Assembly: GCF_006345805.1 (NCBI RefSeq)
Contig: NW_021833759.1
Coordinates: forward strand, 1 to 55,627
Source: Octopus sinensis
Lineage: Eukaryota
Direction: 5' to 3'
Length of the DNA stretch: 55,627 nt
The notes beneath the pieces were generated by a model. The model was given only the letters and a program-made list of their open reading frames with translations, had not been told where the DNA came from and did not search any database. Made by a program: the position numbers and the translations under genes. Positions 1 to 12,482 of this stretch are shown here, piece by piece (position 1 is the stretch's first letter; each line of letters starts with the position of its first letter).

Positions 1-184
1 TATCGCCAGATAAAATAAATAAAATACACTCACAACAAAGATGATGAGTAAGTTCTGTTATTTAGTATTAGACATATTCTATACACTATATTTTTTCTAT
101 ATTTCATATATATTTTATTGTACCATTCAAGGTTAAAGTGAAACTAAAAGAAAAGTTTATATTACTGTTGAGATTGCAGTAAAT

Positions 185-694
185 GGATCTTTTCGGTTTC
201 AAACGGCAGTTTTTAACATAATTTCTAGGTAGAAATAATTGGTATTCAATTAGTAAATATTCATTTTTTTTTTGGGGGGGGGTCGGTTTGAACGGCCGTT
301 CTTTAAAATAATTTCCACGTAACTAAAAAATGTTAAACTTCGTATACTGGTAGAATGTGTTTATAAAACATCTTATTCTCTTGGCTTTATTGAGAAAATT
401 CTATAGTTTGTAAGATATTTGGTGTTTTTTTTTCTTCAATTTCTGCAATTTCAATCAATCACTGACATCTATTGAGGTAAAAAGAACATTCTGTGCCGTA
501 TGAATATGTCCCTCGTTTAAGAAACAGATTGGGTTTATTTACATTTCTGAAGAAAAAAGATACCCTTCCCCCACCCCTAACCCTAACCCTAAAACAGATT
601 GAAATGCAATAGATCGATACTAGGGTTATAATTATGGGTGACACTTTCATATGACACCGCTAGAAAAAAACTGCCGTTCAAACCGAAAAGATCC
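185..694. mobile_element. Non-autonomous TIR element (MITE-like, superfamily unassigned) with internal (CCCTAA)3
   Basis: GGATCTTTTCGGTTTCAAACGGCAGTTTTT at 185 is the near reverse complement of AAAAACTGCCGTTCAAACCGAAAAGATCC ending at 694; second left-end-like copy near 281; (CCCTAA)3 at 575-592; no ORF; no clear TSD. Confidence 0.75.
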
Positions 695-840
695 TGAGTT
701 AGCATATGCCTTTTGCATCTTTTCATTACTTAAGCAGCATTTTTAAATGGCGGACGCATACCAAGTTCTCATCTGGCGTTTAACTCCTTTATATTGTTCT
801 TTAAGATATTGGATTTTTACCATAAACTTACCGAAACATA

Positions 841-1110
841 TTGGGTTGTGAGAGAAATTGATTCGTTTCCAATGTTATTTGAATTAACAAGAAAAGCATT
901 TTTATCATAGCGGTTTGTTTTGTGAGCTTTTTTCCTTTTCTTTTATTTATTTATTTATTTATTTATTTTGTAACTCTGTTTTTCCTCTACGTCTTTTGTT
1001 CAGCGTTTTTGAAATTTGAACAAATTTTTGCCTCTTTTCAGAAACACGACGATGGCGTGCCAAGTAGATAAAAACAACAATTACCTGACAACATATTTCC
1101 TTATTTTTTA
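841..1110 (+). mobile_element. Mariner 5' remnant
   Basis: TA then TTGGGTTG TIR-like start (as in MITEs at 24544 and 42152); ATG near 1031 reads MACQVDKNN.., similar to the mariner N-terminus at 6400-6790. Confidence 0.5.
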
Positions 1111-1514
1111 TTTATTGATTTTTATCTTTTTTATTCATTTATTTATCTTTTTATTATTTCAGTGCTGGTCATTAAAACTGGGTTTTATACCAATTTTATG
1201 TTGGTCAGTGTTGGTCATTAAAACTGAGTTTTATACCAATTTTATACCAAGAACTTTTCACATTTAAACGCTGACAGATACAGTCAAGTGAAATGCTTCA
1301 AGAAATGACTCGAAGAAAATTGCAAGAAGTGGATGGTAGTTTTAATCTCTCTCTCAATTTACTACCACCATATGACCATTAGGTTCCATTTGTTGAACAT
1401 CCTATACTGCAAGGTTTGGGAACTGGAGTTTCATCCCGCCATTCTTCCCACTAATCAGAAGTCCTTAAAAGAGTCCTAGGCTTTGCTCTTCTCTCACTGA
1501 CTAAGTGATGTAAA

Positions 1515-1774
1515 ATAAATACATGCGCCCTTTTTTAAAGCCTAGCCAGGCTCATGGGGCCGGTTTCCCGGTTTCTATGGCGTATGTGTTCCCCAGCTGG
1601 ACGGGACGCCAGTCCATCGCAGATTTACTAATTTTTGACAGCTGAGTGGACTGGAGCAACGTGAAATGAAGTATTTTGCTCAAGAACACAACGCGCCGCC
1701 CGGTCCAGGAATCGAAACCACAATCTTACGATCATGATACTGATACCACTAACCACTAAGCCACGCGCCTCAAC
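1515..1774 (-). mobile_element. tRNA-derived SINE with V-domain-like 3' part
   Basis: Minus-strand tRNA-like head with A/B boxes (TGGCTTAGTGG..GTTTCGATTCC); motif CTGCGATGGACTGGCGTCCCGTCCAG; 16-bp TSD GACTAAGTGATGTAAA at 1499-1514 and 1775-1790. Confidence 0.85.
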
Positions 1775-2304
1775 GACTAAGTGATGTAAAGAACGATAGT
1801 TCAGCTATGACCGTCTCCTTTTTATTTTCAGGTTTAATGTATCTCTGATGCATTAGTATCTAGAACTACATTAGCCTGGGAGTACATTTTAATACGCTAG
1901 GTATGATTTGCGAGTGATTTAGCTATTCTTTCTAGCGCAAGATTCATCATTTGCTCTCTACCGCTACAACATTTATCTCAAGAATATTCACAAGTATTGA
2001 CCAACTTGCTATGAAGGGTATCGGCAAGGACCAGAGAAAAATTAAAACGGAAGTTGAAGTTCTTAAGTTCCAAGTCATCACTGATTGAGAAGATGAAATG
2101 TCAAAAGCATTCCAACTTTGTCCTTCACGTCTATTTTTCTATGGAGGATGTACTCTTTGTTACATTATCCTCTGGCTGCTATGTCTAGCAGGCCGGATAC
2201 CTACAACCGCGTTGTTTCAAATTATGGAAATAGTGAGATGTGGATGTCGATAAATTATCTTCCAAGGTATAATTATTTTCTATTTTATTATTCACTCTTC
2301 TTCT

Positions 2305-2534
2305 TATTTTTTTATTGCCCACAAGGGGCTAAACATAGAGGGGACAAACAAGGACAGACAAAGGGATTAAGTCGATTATATCGACCCCAGTGCGTAACTG
2401 GTACTTAATTTATTGACCCCGAAAAGATGAAAGGCAAAGTCGACCTCGGCGGAATTTGAACTCAGAACGTAGCAGCAGACGAAATACGGCTACGCATTTC
2501 GCCCGGCGTGCTAACGATTCTGCCAGTTCGCCGC
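2305..2534 (-). mobile_element. SINE family B (tRNA head plus Meta/MESC-like core)
   Basis: Core ACTTTGCCTTTCATC.TTTCGGGGTC.ATAAATTAAGTACCAGT recurs at about 10 loci in the window; domain name is from recall. Confidence 0.85.
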
Positions 2535-2726
2535 TCTTCTTCTGCCAAGCGATGTCGGGCCAGTATGGCAAAGCAGTCTCATCAAACTAGTATGATCTCA
2601 AGTTCAAATCACGGCCTTCGTATTAGACCGCGGTCACTGCAGAAAGAACAGGCTGAAGCTTTCATCCTGCAGCAGACATTTAAATAAGCAACCCAATCTA
2701 ATTCAATATACTCTTTATCCACGTCA

Positions 2727-3118
2727 GTGGAGGCGCAATGACCCAGTGGTTAGGGTAGCGGACTTGCGGTCGTAGGATCGCGGTTTCGATTCCCTGACCG
2801 GGCGTTGTGAGTGTTTATTGAGCGAAAACACCTAAAAGTTCCATGAGGCTCCGGCAGAGGATGGTGGTGATCCCTGCTGTACTCTTTCACCACAACTTTC
2901 TGGCACTCTTACTTCCTGTTTCTGTTGTACCTGTATTTCAAAGGGCCGGCGGCCTTGTCACTCTCTGTGTCACGCTGAATATCCCCGAGAACTACGTTAA
3001 GGGTACACGTGTCTGTGGAGTGCTCAGCCACTTACACGTTAATTTCACGAGCAGGCTGTTCCGTTGATTCGGATCAACCGGAACCCTCATCGTCGTAAAC
3101 GACGGAGTGCTTCCATCA
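2727..3118 (+). mobile_element. SINE family C, long form, young copy
   Basis: tRNA-like head GTGGAGGCGCAATG.CCCAGTGGTTAGGG..GGTTTCGATTCC; 12-bp TSD TTATCCACGTCA at 2715-2726 and 3119-3130; near-identical copies at 7094 and 45366. Confidence 0.92.
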
Positions 3119-3634
3119 TTATCCACGTCATCGTCTTCTCCTCCAGAAGAAGGAACATTATTATTAAAGCCGAATGAATGGTGCTCGCTTTACAAAGCTG
3201 AGAGAATGATGTAGGAGAAAATGGGAAGAACCAAAGACTGCATGTAGTTTAGAAGTTTTCTACCAACTCTTATCATCACCCGTGCCTCTGTTTCTAAACA
3301 TAATAACGGATAAGACAGAGAAGTGTAATGAGGTTTGAAATTGAAAAGAATGTAAAAACGGCAATGAGAATATATGTAAAATAAATAAAGACCAAATTAA
3401 AACAAGAAAATAAAAACATATATATAAGTACGTACATGCCAAGAGAAACAGGCGGTGGTGGGAGGAGTGGCTGTGGAAGTGAAAGAAGGGGGAATGGTTA
3501 GTACGAGACTGGTGAAATGCCAAACCAACCACTACGCATGCGGGGACCACCTAAGTACATTTGGTTTACATAACAGGAGAATCTGTGTAGCATGCGTATA
3601 TAACTCCAAATAAACAAGAACATAACAGTGATGA

Positions 3635-3659
3635 CAGATATATATAATATAATATAATA

Positions 3660-3701
<42 letters not shown>

Positions 3702-3738
3702 GATGCTGAGTTCGCATGGTATCCCTTATCCCTCCACT

Positions 3739-3806
<68 letters not shown>

Positions 3807-3854
3807 TATAAAACACATGTGTGTACGTATATAATTGTATGAAGTGCATACGCG

Positions 3855-3898
<44 letters not shown>

Positions 3899-3942
3899 GT
3901 ATATATATATGTATATATATATATATATATAATATATATATA

Positions 3943-3982
<40 letters not shown>

Positions 3983-4160
3983 GTATATATATACACACAC
4001 ACATATATATATATACCAACAGGTTGCGTGCGTGTACGTATGTATTTATATATGAATATATGGATGAATGCATGTAGGTATATCTGTATATATGTGTAAG
4101 TATGAGCGTATATGCGTGCGTGCATGCGTGCATGTGCTTGCGGCCGTGGGTGTGTGTGTG
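3635..4160. repeat. (TA)n/(TG)n compound microsatellite
   Basis: Direct inspection; source of the YI-repeat ORFs. Confidence 0.95.
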
Positions 4161-4544
4161 TCTGTGTGCCTGTTGGAGAAGTAGTAGAGATGTTGTTCTC
4201 TTCAACAAGATGTTTGTTTGGACAGTTTTGGCGTCTGTACGCATTTATTAATGAAGATATCAAACATACAATATTTCGGGTTATATACGATAAAGAAACG
4301 GAGCTTGCTACGGTGGTGATATGGTGAGATGGTTTCAGGCATCTCTTTAACTATGTTGCCAATGTAAATCACAAAATACAAGGCATTTACAATTGCATTC
4401 TGGGAAACAATACTGACTGTTGAAGCTATCTTTCGTTTCAATTTGTTTAATTTTAAATGGCGTCGATTGGTCTACGTTTTATATGGCGTTGAAGAAATCA
4501 ATGTTTATCTTTTTAGGTTTTTGTTGTTGCTTTTTATTTTTTAC

Positions 4545-4840
4545 TTGTTTCAGTCACTGGACTGCGGTTATGCTGGCTCACTGCCATAAAGAGTTTAAGC
4601 GAACAAATTGGCCACAGTACGTATCTTTTTTTTTTTTTTTTAACTTTGGCATTTGTTCTATTGAACACCTTTTGCTGGACAGAAAGCAAAATGACGCACG
4701 TACAGACATGCATACACACACACACATATGCATATACGATGGGCTTCCACACAGTTTCCGTCAATCGAATTCACTCACAAAACATTGTTCGGTCCGGTAC
4801 TATAGTAGAAGACGCTTACCCGATGTGCCGCGAAGTGGGA
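4545..4840 (-). mobile_element. SINE family A, degenerate
   Basis: Tail TTTTACTTGTTTCAGTCA.T.GACTGCGG and body CTATAGTAGAAGAC.CTT.CCC matching other family A copies. Confidence 0.7.
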
Positions 4841-4929
4841 TTGAACCCGATAGAAGATAGATGCAAAGTGAGCTTCTAAAATATATAAATTGAAAATCTT
4901 TAATGAGTTACTCAGTCGAACCTGAACGC

Positions 4930-5043
4930 CACCGATGTTACAGGGACTTAAACACAGCAGCATCGGTTGTCAAGCGATGTCGGGGGGGGGGACAAATACA
5001 GAAACACAAACATACACACACACATACACACACACACACACAC

Positions 5044-5097
<54 letters not shown>

Positions 5098-5268
5098 ACA
5101 CATATATACGACTGGCTTCTTTCAGTTTCCGTCTACCAAATCCACTCACAAGGGTTTGGTCGGTCCGAGGCTATAGTAGCAGACACTTGCCCAAGGTGCC
5201 ACGCAGTGGGACTGAACCCGGAACCATGAGGTTGGTAAGCAAGCTACGTACCACACAGCCACTCCATG
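4930..5268 (-). mobile_element. SINE family A with internal (CA)n(TA)n microsatellite
   Basis: Head GGAGTGGCTGTGTGGTA..GGTTCAGTCCCACTGCGTGGCACCTTGGGCAAGTG on minus strand; shared body. Confidence 0.88.
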
Positions 5269-5685
5269 TTCCCAATCATGTTTTGTTACAATGAACCCAG
5301 AGCCATAATTCTGGTTATAAGTGAAACTTCTCTATTGTCATTCTCCTTATTAATTCTGTATATTGATTGTTATTGGAGGATGTGACTCTATGTTAAATCT
5401 ACATCGCTAGCATAGATACTACTGAAAAAATATACAAAATTTAAATCATTAACGTGCAAAAAATGGCTTATTTCTCATACTAAATATTGCGATAGGCTAT
5501 ACTCTACTGAAATATTCTAGCTATCATTACGTTCTTAAGTTAATTAAATAAATTAATTAGATTTACTAAATACATGAGACTACTGTAAATGTCTATCGAC
5601 TTGTCTCCATGTTTTTAGTATGCATAATTAATGAAACGGCTGAAATCTCTAGGCATACCACCAAAGTAGCCTTTAGCCTGTTTCT

Positions 5686-6292
5686 TATTTCTTATTTCTT
5701 TATTGCCCACAAGGGGCTAAACATAGAGGAGACAAGCAAGGACAGACAAAGGGATTAAGCCGATTACATCGACCCCAATGCGTAACTGGTACTTAATTTA
5801 TCGACCCCGAATGGATGAAAGGCAAAGTCGACCTCGGTGGAATTCGAACTAGGAACGTAAAGACAGACGATATACCTATTTCTTTACTACCCACAAGGAG
5901 CTAAACACAGAGAGGACAAGCAAGGACAGACAAAGGGATTAAGTCGATTATATCGACTCCAGTCCGTAAATTGTAGTTATTTAATCGACCCCGAAATGAT
6001 GAAAGGCAAAGTCGTCTTCGGCGGAATTTGAACTCAGAACGTAGCTGCAGACGAAATACTTACTTCTTTACAACCCACAAGGGGCTAAACACAAAGAGGG
6101 CAAACCAGGACAGATAAACGGATTAAGTCGATTATAACGACCCCAGTGAGTAACTGGTACTTATTTAATTGACCCCGAAACTATGAAAGGCAAAGTCGAC
6201 CTCGGCGGAATTTGAACTCACAACATAGCTGCAGACGAAATACTGCTAAGCATTTCGCCCGGCCTGCTAACGTTTCTACCAGCTCGCCGCCT
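5686..6292 (-). mobile_element. SINE family B trimer (one head, three 184-bp body units)
   Basis: Unit junctions at 5876/5877 and 6060/6061; only the 6061-6292 unit carries the tRNA head. Confidence 0.88.
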
Positions 6293-6399
6293 TCTGTTTG
6301 CATATAATGGATTAACGGATATATTCGTTCGTATTTTTTTTTTTTTTAATCCTTATTTTCCATCAACAATATTAACAAATCATTATTCCTGACTTCTTG

Positions 6400-6790
6400 T
6401 CGACATTTCACTCGCTTGTCAGAGGAGCACTGGAGTCTGTCTCTTTCGTTCACGACGTGTGGCAACCATACACCCAGTTTTGGACCTTATCCATGGAGTG
6501 AAGATAATGGGTGATGGTCTCATGAGATATCCCATCAGTTAGGCCAGTTCAGCTGAATTTGGTCGGCCGGAACGTGTAGAGTCTATGAGATCGAATTTCT
6601 TTTCTTTGATACGTGAACACCATTCCTGTTCAGCTCTTTCAGTGACAGAACCTTCTCTGTACACAGCACAAATGTTTCGAGCGGTTTTGGCAGCTATAGA
6701 ATTTTGACTGAAAGCGAAGGATATTAGGCGTCGAAAATGGTTTTTCCTACTCGGCACTCCAAGATCATATTTCTGTAAAGAGGTAAAATT
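6400..6790 (-). pseudogene. Mariner transposase N-terminal fragment
   Basis: KNHFRRLISFAF..AAKTARNICAVYREGSVTER..FDL..RSGRP helix-turn-helix region and downstream KLGVWLPH (WVPHEL-like) motif. Confidence 0.8.
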
Positions 6791-7093
6791 TACTCAAAAT
6801 TTCAAAACGATACAAAAAAAGTTATAAAGGAGCAACAGAGTTACAAATAAAAAAATAACACTTAAAACACAACGATAAAATACCTCTTTTATTTTTTTGC
6901 GTTAATTCAAATAACATGGAAAAGAAATAAATGGATTTATTTGAAAAAAAAAAAATCTCATTTCTATGTATAAATATAATTTAATCCTTCATTCTACGTG
7001 TGTATTAATAGTTTTGATAAATTACCGCCAGATTATTCCACAAACAGCTGAATTATTCTAAAATAAATTATTCCCTCTCTTTCCCGTCTGTAT

Positions 7094-7487
7094 ATATGGA
7101 AGCACTCCGTCGGTTACGACGACGAGGGTTCCGGTTGATCCGAATCAACGGAACAGCCTGCTCGTGAAATTAACGTGTAAGTGGCTGAGCACTCCACAGA
7201 CACGTGTACCCTTAACGTAGTTCTCGGGGATATTCAGCGTGACACAGAGAGTGACAAGACCGGCCCCTTGAAATACAGGTACAATAGAAACAGGAAGTAA
7301 GAGTGAGAGAAAGTTGTGGTGAAAGAGTACAGCAGGGATCACCACCAATCCCCTGCCGGAGCCTCGTGGAGCTTTTTAGGTGTTTTCGCTCAATAAACAC
7401 TCACAACGCCCGGTCTGGGAAACGAAACTGCGATCCTATGACCGCGAGTCCGCTGCCCTAACCACTGGGCCATTGCGCCTCCACATT
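7094..7487 (-). mobile_element. SINE family C, long form
   Basis: Reverse complement of 2727-3118; TSD CCGTCTGTAT at 7084-7093 and 7488-7497. Confidence 0.92.
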
Positions 7488-7879
7488 CCGTCTGTATGTG
7501 TGTGCACAAACCGCTCAACTCGCCAAACCACTGCAAGACAATAAATCCTGGTTGTGAACTCGTTTCATATACAAAATAGGAGTGCACTGTATCACACTGA
7601 TGCACCGTTGGTATTTATAAACCTAACTGCCATTCAGACAGTGCGCATCATTCCCAAACAATTCTCGAATTGTCTGAAAGCTTTTCCGTGTTTTATCGAT
7701 GTACCATTTTTCATTCACATCGATCTGTGTACATTTCGTCAGAATTTCCTCCTCCATTCACACTCGACGCAGATTCTCCTCATAAATGGAGTTATTTCCG
7801 TCAAACTACTTCTCTCGGTGATTTATAACTATCCACTTGTGATGTCAGTTATATAAACTCATACGATTGTGGAAGTGTT

Positions 7880-8818
7880 GCTTGTATATACGCGCGTGTG
7901 TGTGTGTGTCTGTGTGTGCATAACTGTATGTGTGTGTGTATGTACACACTTGTGTGTGCATATGTATGCGTGTGTGCTTGTGTGTATGTTTGAGTGTACG
8001 TGCACTTGTGTGTATGTGTGTGTCTATGTGCATACTTGTATATGTGTGTATATGTATGCATGTTTGCGTGTGTGCTTGAACGTATGTGCGTATGTGTGTA
8101 TGCGTGTGTGTCTATGTGCACACTTGTATATGTGTGTGTATATGTATGTGGGTGTGTGTGAGTGTGTGTACGTTTGAGTGTACGTGAACATGTGTCGATG
8201 TGCACACTTGTATATGTCTGTTATGTGTGTATGTTTGAGTGTACGTGCACATGTATGTATGTGTGTGTCAATGTGCACACTTATATATGTGTGTGTATAT
8301 GTATGCGTGTTTGCGTGTATATTTGAGCGTACGTGCGCTTGTGTGTAAGCATGTGTGTCTATGTGCATACTTGTATATGTGTGTGTATATGTATGTGTGT
8401 GTGCTTGTGTGTATGTTTGAGTGTACGTCCACATGTGTGTATGTGTGTGTCAATGTGCACACATGTATATGTGTATGAATAAGTATGTGTGTGTGCGTGT
8501 ATGTTTGAGCATACGTTCGCATGTGTGTATGTGTGTGTCTATGTGCACACTTATATATGTGTGTGTATATGTATATGAGTTTGTGTGAGTGTGTGTATGT
8601 TTGAGTGTACGTGCGCATGTGTCTATGAGCCCACTTGTATATGTGTGTATATGCATGTGTTATGTGTGTGTGTATGTTTGAGTGTATGTGCACACTTGTA
8701 TATGTGTGTGTATATGTATGCGTGTGTGCGTGTATGTTTGAGCGTACGTGTGCATGTGTGTATGTGTGTGTCTATGTGCACACTTGTATGTGTTTGCGTA
8801 TATGTATGCGTGTGTGTA
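7880..8818. repeat. Compound TG/TA satellite with higher-order unit (continues 10108-10270)
   Basis: Recurring blocks GTCTATGTGCACACTTGTATATG and GTATGTTTGAGTGTACGTGC at roughly 100-120 bp spacing. Confidence 0.85.
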
Positions 8819-10107
8819 CGAGGGGCGTTCAATAAGTAATGCCCCTGACTCACTTCCCATAGCAGTAGAGCAACAAAACTTGGCACAGTTATTAGTCTTT
8901 TTCTACATAGGAACCACTCAGAGTTACACATTTCTCCCATCGTTTGATGCAACTCTGGAGACCGTTTTTGTAGAAGACCCCAGCTTGGTCCTCCAACCAC
9001 GACGTGACTTCAGAAATCAAGGCTGCATCATCTGGGAAACGCTTTCCTTTCAAAAACAACTTCATGGCTAGGAAGAGGTGAAAATCAGAGGGTGCAAGGT
9101 CAGGAGAGTAGGGGGATGGGGGAGGAGTTTATAGCCGCACGCCTGTGCTTCTGATCTGGCGACACACGAGTTGTAGACCGGAGCGTTGTCCTGCAGGAGG
9201 AGGATGCCTTTGCTGATCTTGCCCCGCCTCTTGATTTTGATAGCTTCTCTTAATTTCCTCAAAAGTGAAGCATAATAGGCTCCTGTAATTGTGGTACCCT
9301 TTGCCAGGAAATCTGTCATCACTACTCCGTCCTGGTTCCAGAAGACTGAGCATGACCTTGTCAGCGGAGGGCTGCACCCTTGCCTTCTTTGGAGGAGGTG
9401 GGTCACGGAGCTTCCACTGCATTGACTGGGCTTTGGTCTCTGGTTCATAGTGATGGACCCAGGTTTCATCCTGTGTAATCAGTCTTTTGAAAAATTTTGA
9501 CTCATCTTCTTGGCACATCTCCAAATTCACCCTCGAGCACTCAACGTGTTCTTGCTTCTGGAAAGGTGTGAGCAACCTGGGAATCCATCTGGCAGACACC
9601 TTTTGCATATGCAAATGGTCATGAATGATAGTTTCCACAGACCCGGTACTAAACTTGATCTGATGGGCTATTTGGCGAATAGTTATGCGTCGATCTTCCA
9701 AAATGGTAGCCTGAACTTGACGGACAGATGCCTCATCAATGGCAGAAGGGGGGCGACCAGATCTGGGAGCTGTTTCCACAGAGTTCCAACCATGTTTGAA
9801 TTCACGATGCCAGCATTTACAAGGTTATATGATGGGGCATCATCACCATAAGTTACTTTCATTTCATCAAAAGTCTCCCGTGGTGTGCGTCCTTTCAAAT
9901 ACAAAAACCGGATCACTGCTCGACACTCAACAGGCTCCATTTCACACTTGACTCAGTTCAAACACCTGTAAATCAGAAACCACAATTAGTTCAGAGTTGT
10001 AATTTGCCACTTAATCTATAGAGATATAAATAATTGCACATGTAAATTTTCAGCTAGATCAAATAACTGCAAGTGGGTCAGAGGCATTACTTATTGAACG
10101 CCCCTCG
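8819..10107 (-). mobile_element. Full-length mariner transposon (1289 bp)
   Basis: TIRs CGAGGGGCGTTCAATAAGTAATGCC at both ends; TA TSD at 8817-8818 and 10108-10109. Confidence 0.97.
8892..9940 (-). pseudogene. Mariner DD34D transposase, three small deletions (reconstructs to about 350 aa)
   Basis: MEPVECRAVIRFL.., WIPRLL, QDETW, QDNAP, HPP(Y)SPDLAPSD; frames joined by 1-, 2- and 1-nt deletions; no in-frame stop found in my reconstruction. Confidence 0.92.
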
Positions 10108-10549
10108 TATGTTTGAGTGTACGTGCACATGTGTCTATGTGCACACTTGTATATGTGTGTATATGTATGTGTGTATGAGCGTGTGTATGTTTGAGAGTAC
10201 GTGCGTGTATATGTATGTGTATATGTATGCGTGAGCGCGTGTGTGTATGTTCGAATGTACGTGCACATGGTGTGTATGTGTGTGGGGGAGGTGGATAGCA
10301 TGGAGCAATCCTAAATAGTATTTATACAAACTATTCCAGCGTGTCTTTAGGTATTTTGTATAGAATCAAACGAGACTGAATATTCACATTCTAGCTCTGC
10401 ATCAGAAAAATATAAAAGTAAAAGTACAACTGATGCAGAATTGTTGCTGTTATTGTAGTTATTGTAACCTATGTATCTAATGGAGCATAACCTATAGTCA
10501 ATTTTTTATTTTTTACCTTTTTATTGTTATTTTTACCTTTTTATTGACC

Positions 10550-10915
10550 AGAAGAGAATTAATGCATTCGAGCTTTGGTGTTGGAGAAGACATTTACGGA
10601 TTCCATGGACAGCGAAGCTCACCAATGGAGAAGTTCTTAACCAGATCAGGCTGAAACTATCGCTAGAAGCTAAGATCAGCAAGCAGAGATTGGCATATTT
10701 TGGTCATAATATCCGGAGAAAATCCCTGGAGAAGGGCATCATACTCGGAACGGTCAGTGGAAAGAGAGGAAGAGGCCGACCAAGAACCCACTGGCTTGAC
10801 ACCATCAAGAGTCTCACGGGATTGGCCATAGCCAATCTGAAAGAAGCGACCCAGGATAGAACTGGCTGGAGGACACTGCTGATGCTCCAGCATGGACACT
10901 GCTCTGAGCTGAAAC
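10550..10915 (+). mobile_element. RTE (BovB-like) LINE 3' fragment
   Basis: KRINAFELWCWRRHLRIPWTAK..YFGHNIRR.SLEKGIILGTVSGKRGRGRPRTHWLD..QDRTGWR. Confidence 0.9.
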
Positions 10916-11013
10916 TAGAAATATATACATATATATAAACATATATATATAAGATATACATATATGTAATGTATTTATATATATATATATATACACATAT
11001 ATATATATACAAC

Positions 11014-11367
11014 TAATGTAGGATAAAATTGTTTTCGAGAAAAAAATTTTATCAATGGCCAGCATATCAAAAAATACCTTTAAAGGTTAAATTTATAAAT
11101 AATTTACAAAATAAGGGCAAAAGAAAAATTCTAATGCCAAATATGCCGAAAAAAGACAAAATTGTCAATAACCATTATAGTTTATGCGTTTCGAAACAAA
11201 CCTATAGAAATTTCTAAAAAATCCGTTATTACCGTATTGGTCCTAATTTCGGGGTTAATTCATAAGAATTTTCCCCTCTTCAGCGATAAATACGGTTTGT
11301 TTCGAGACGCATAAATTATAATGGTTATTGACAATTTTGTCTTTTTTCGGTATATTTGGCATTAGAA
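11014..11367 (-). mobile_element. Penelope-type terminal element, family C (hammerhead-like motif at 11235-11288) with appended inverted segment
   Basis: Homologous to 35225-35514; about 11122-11201 is repeated in inverted orientation at about 11295-11367; flanked by (TA)n. Confidence 0.7.
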
Positions 11368-11448
11368 TGTATTATATATATATATATATATATATAATAT
11401 AATATACATATATGTATTCACATGCATATATATATTTATATCATATGC

Positions 11449-11485
<37 letters not shown>

Positions 11486-12004
11486 ATTATATATATATAT
11501 ATGCATATGATACAAATATAATGTATAACATGTATGCAAGCATCTGTATATATATGTGTTTGTGCATTTGTATGTTTGTGTGTGCGTGCGTGATAGAGAG
11601 ACAGGGAGGGTAATGGCATATTACCCGAATTGTCTACGGGGATACGATTCCAGCTTAAACCACTGCATATACATGTCAAAGACCCATAGGGAATTTATTA
11701 ATCGACAGCATTTTTGCCTACCATATTAATGTAGCTTCTATGAAAACTATATGAAGATACACCACATAGAATACTTGCCAAATATATCTAAAGAATTCCC
11801 AAGTAAAATCACAAATTTCATTAGAAAGACGCGAAAGACAATTTCTCTTCGTTATCAAAAATTATCATGAAAGGAAAAGAACGTGACTGTGTGATGTTAT
11901 TGACTTGTGACAGCGGAAAGTTACCAGCGACATCGGCAAACATGAAATTATAAATGGATTTATAGAAGAAAAGAAAAAAAAAACTAGGAGAATAATTATA
12001 AGGT

Positions 12005-12279
12005 TTAATGAATAAAGAGGAAGAAGATGATGGAGAAGATGATGATGATGAAGAGGAAGAGAAGAAGAAGAAGAAGGAGGAGGAGGAGGAGGAGGAGGAG
12101 GAGAAGAAGAAGAAGGAAAAGAAGATGAAGAAGAAGGAGGAGGAGGAGAAGAAGAAGGAGAAGAAGAAGAAAATGACGAAGAAGAAGGAAAAGAAGAAGA
12201 ACGAAAAGAAGAAGAACGAAAAGAAGAAGAAGAAAAAGAAGAAGAAAAGAAGAAGAAGAAGATGATGATGATGATGATG

Positions 12280-12314
<35 letters not shown>

Positions 12315-12482
12315 GAAGTAGAAAGTAGAAGTAGTAATAGGAGGAGGATTGGATGGGAGGAGAAGAAAATGATGAAGAAAAAACATGAAGATGAAGAAGA
12401 AAGGGGGAGAGGAGAGGAAGAAGAAGAGTAGTAGTAGTAGTCGTAGTAGTAGAGTAGTAGTAGTAGTAGTAGTAGTAGTAGA
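12005..12482. repeat. (GAA/GAG/GAT/CAT/TAG)n trinucleotide cluster
   Basis: Direct inspection; source of poly-E/K and poly-S/P ORFs. Confidence 0.95.

Noticed and set aside
575-592. True telomere or chromosome end
   Set aside because: Only three hexamers, internal to a TIR element
2727-2810. tRNA genes at SINE heads (also 33817, 42764, 49408, 20368)
   Set aside because: A/B boxes present, but each continues into a shared SINE body, several copies have TSDs, and no complete cloverleaf is evident
2843-3067. Conserved small ORF MVVIPAVLFHHNF.. found three times (2843, 7145, 45417)
   Set aside because: Lies inside SINE-C; conservation reflects young copies, not coding constraint
4202-4441. ORF resembling a GPCR or ion-channel transmembrane segment
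   Set aside because: Motif spacing does not fit; no splice or homology support
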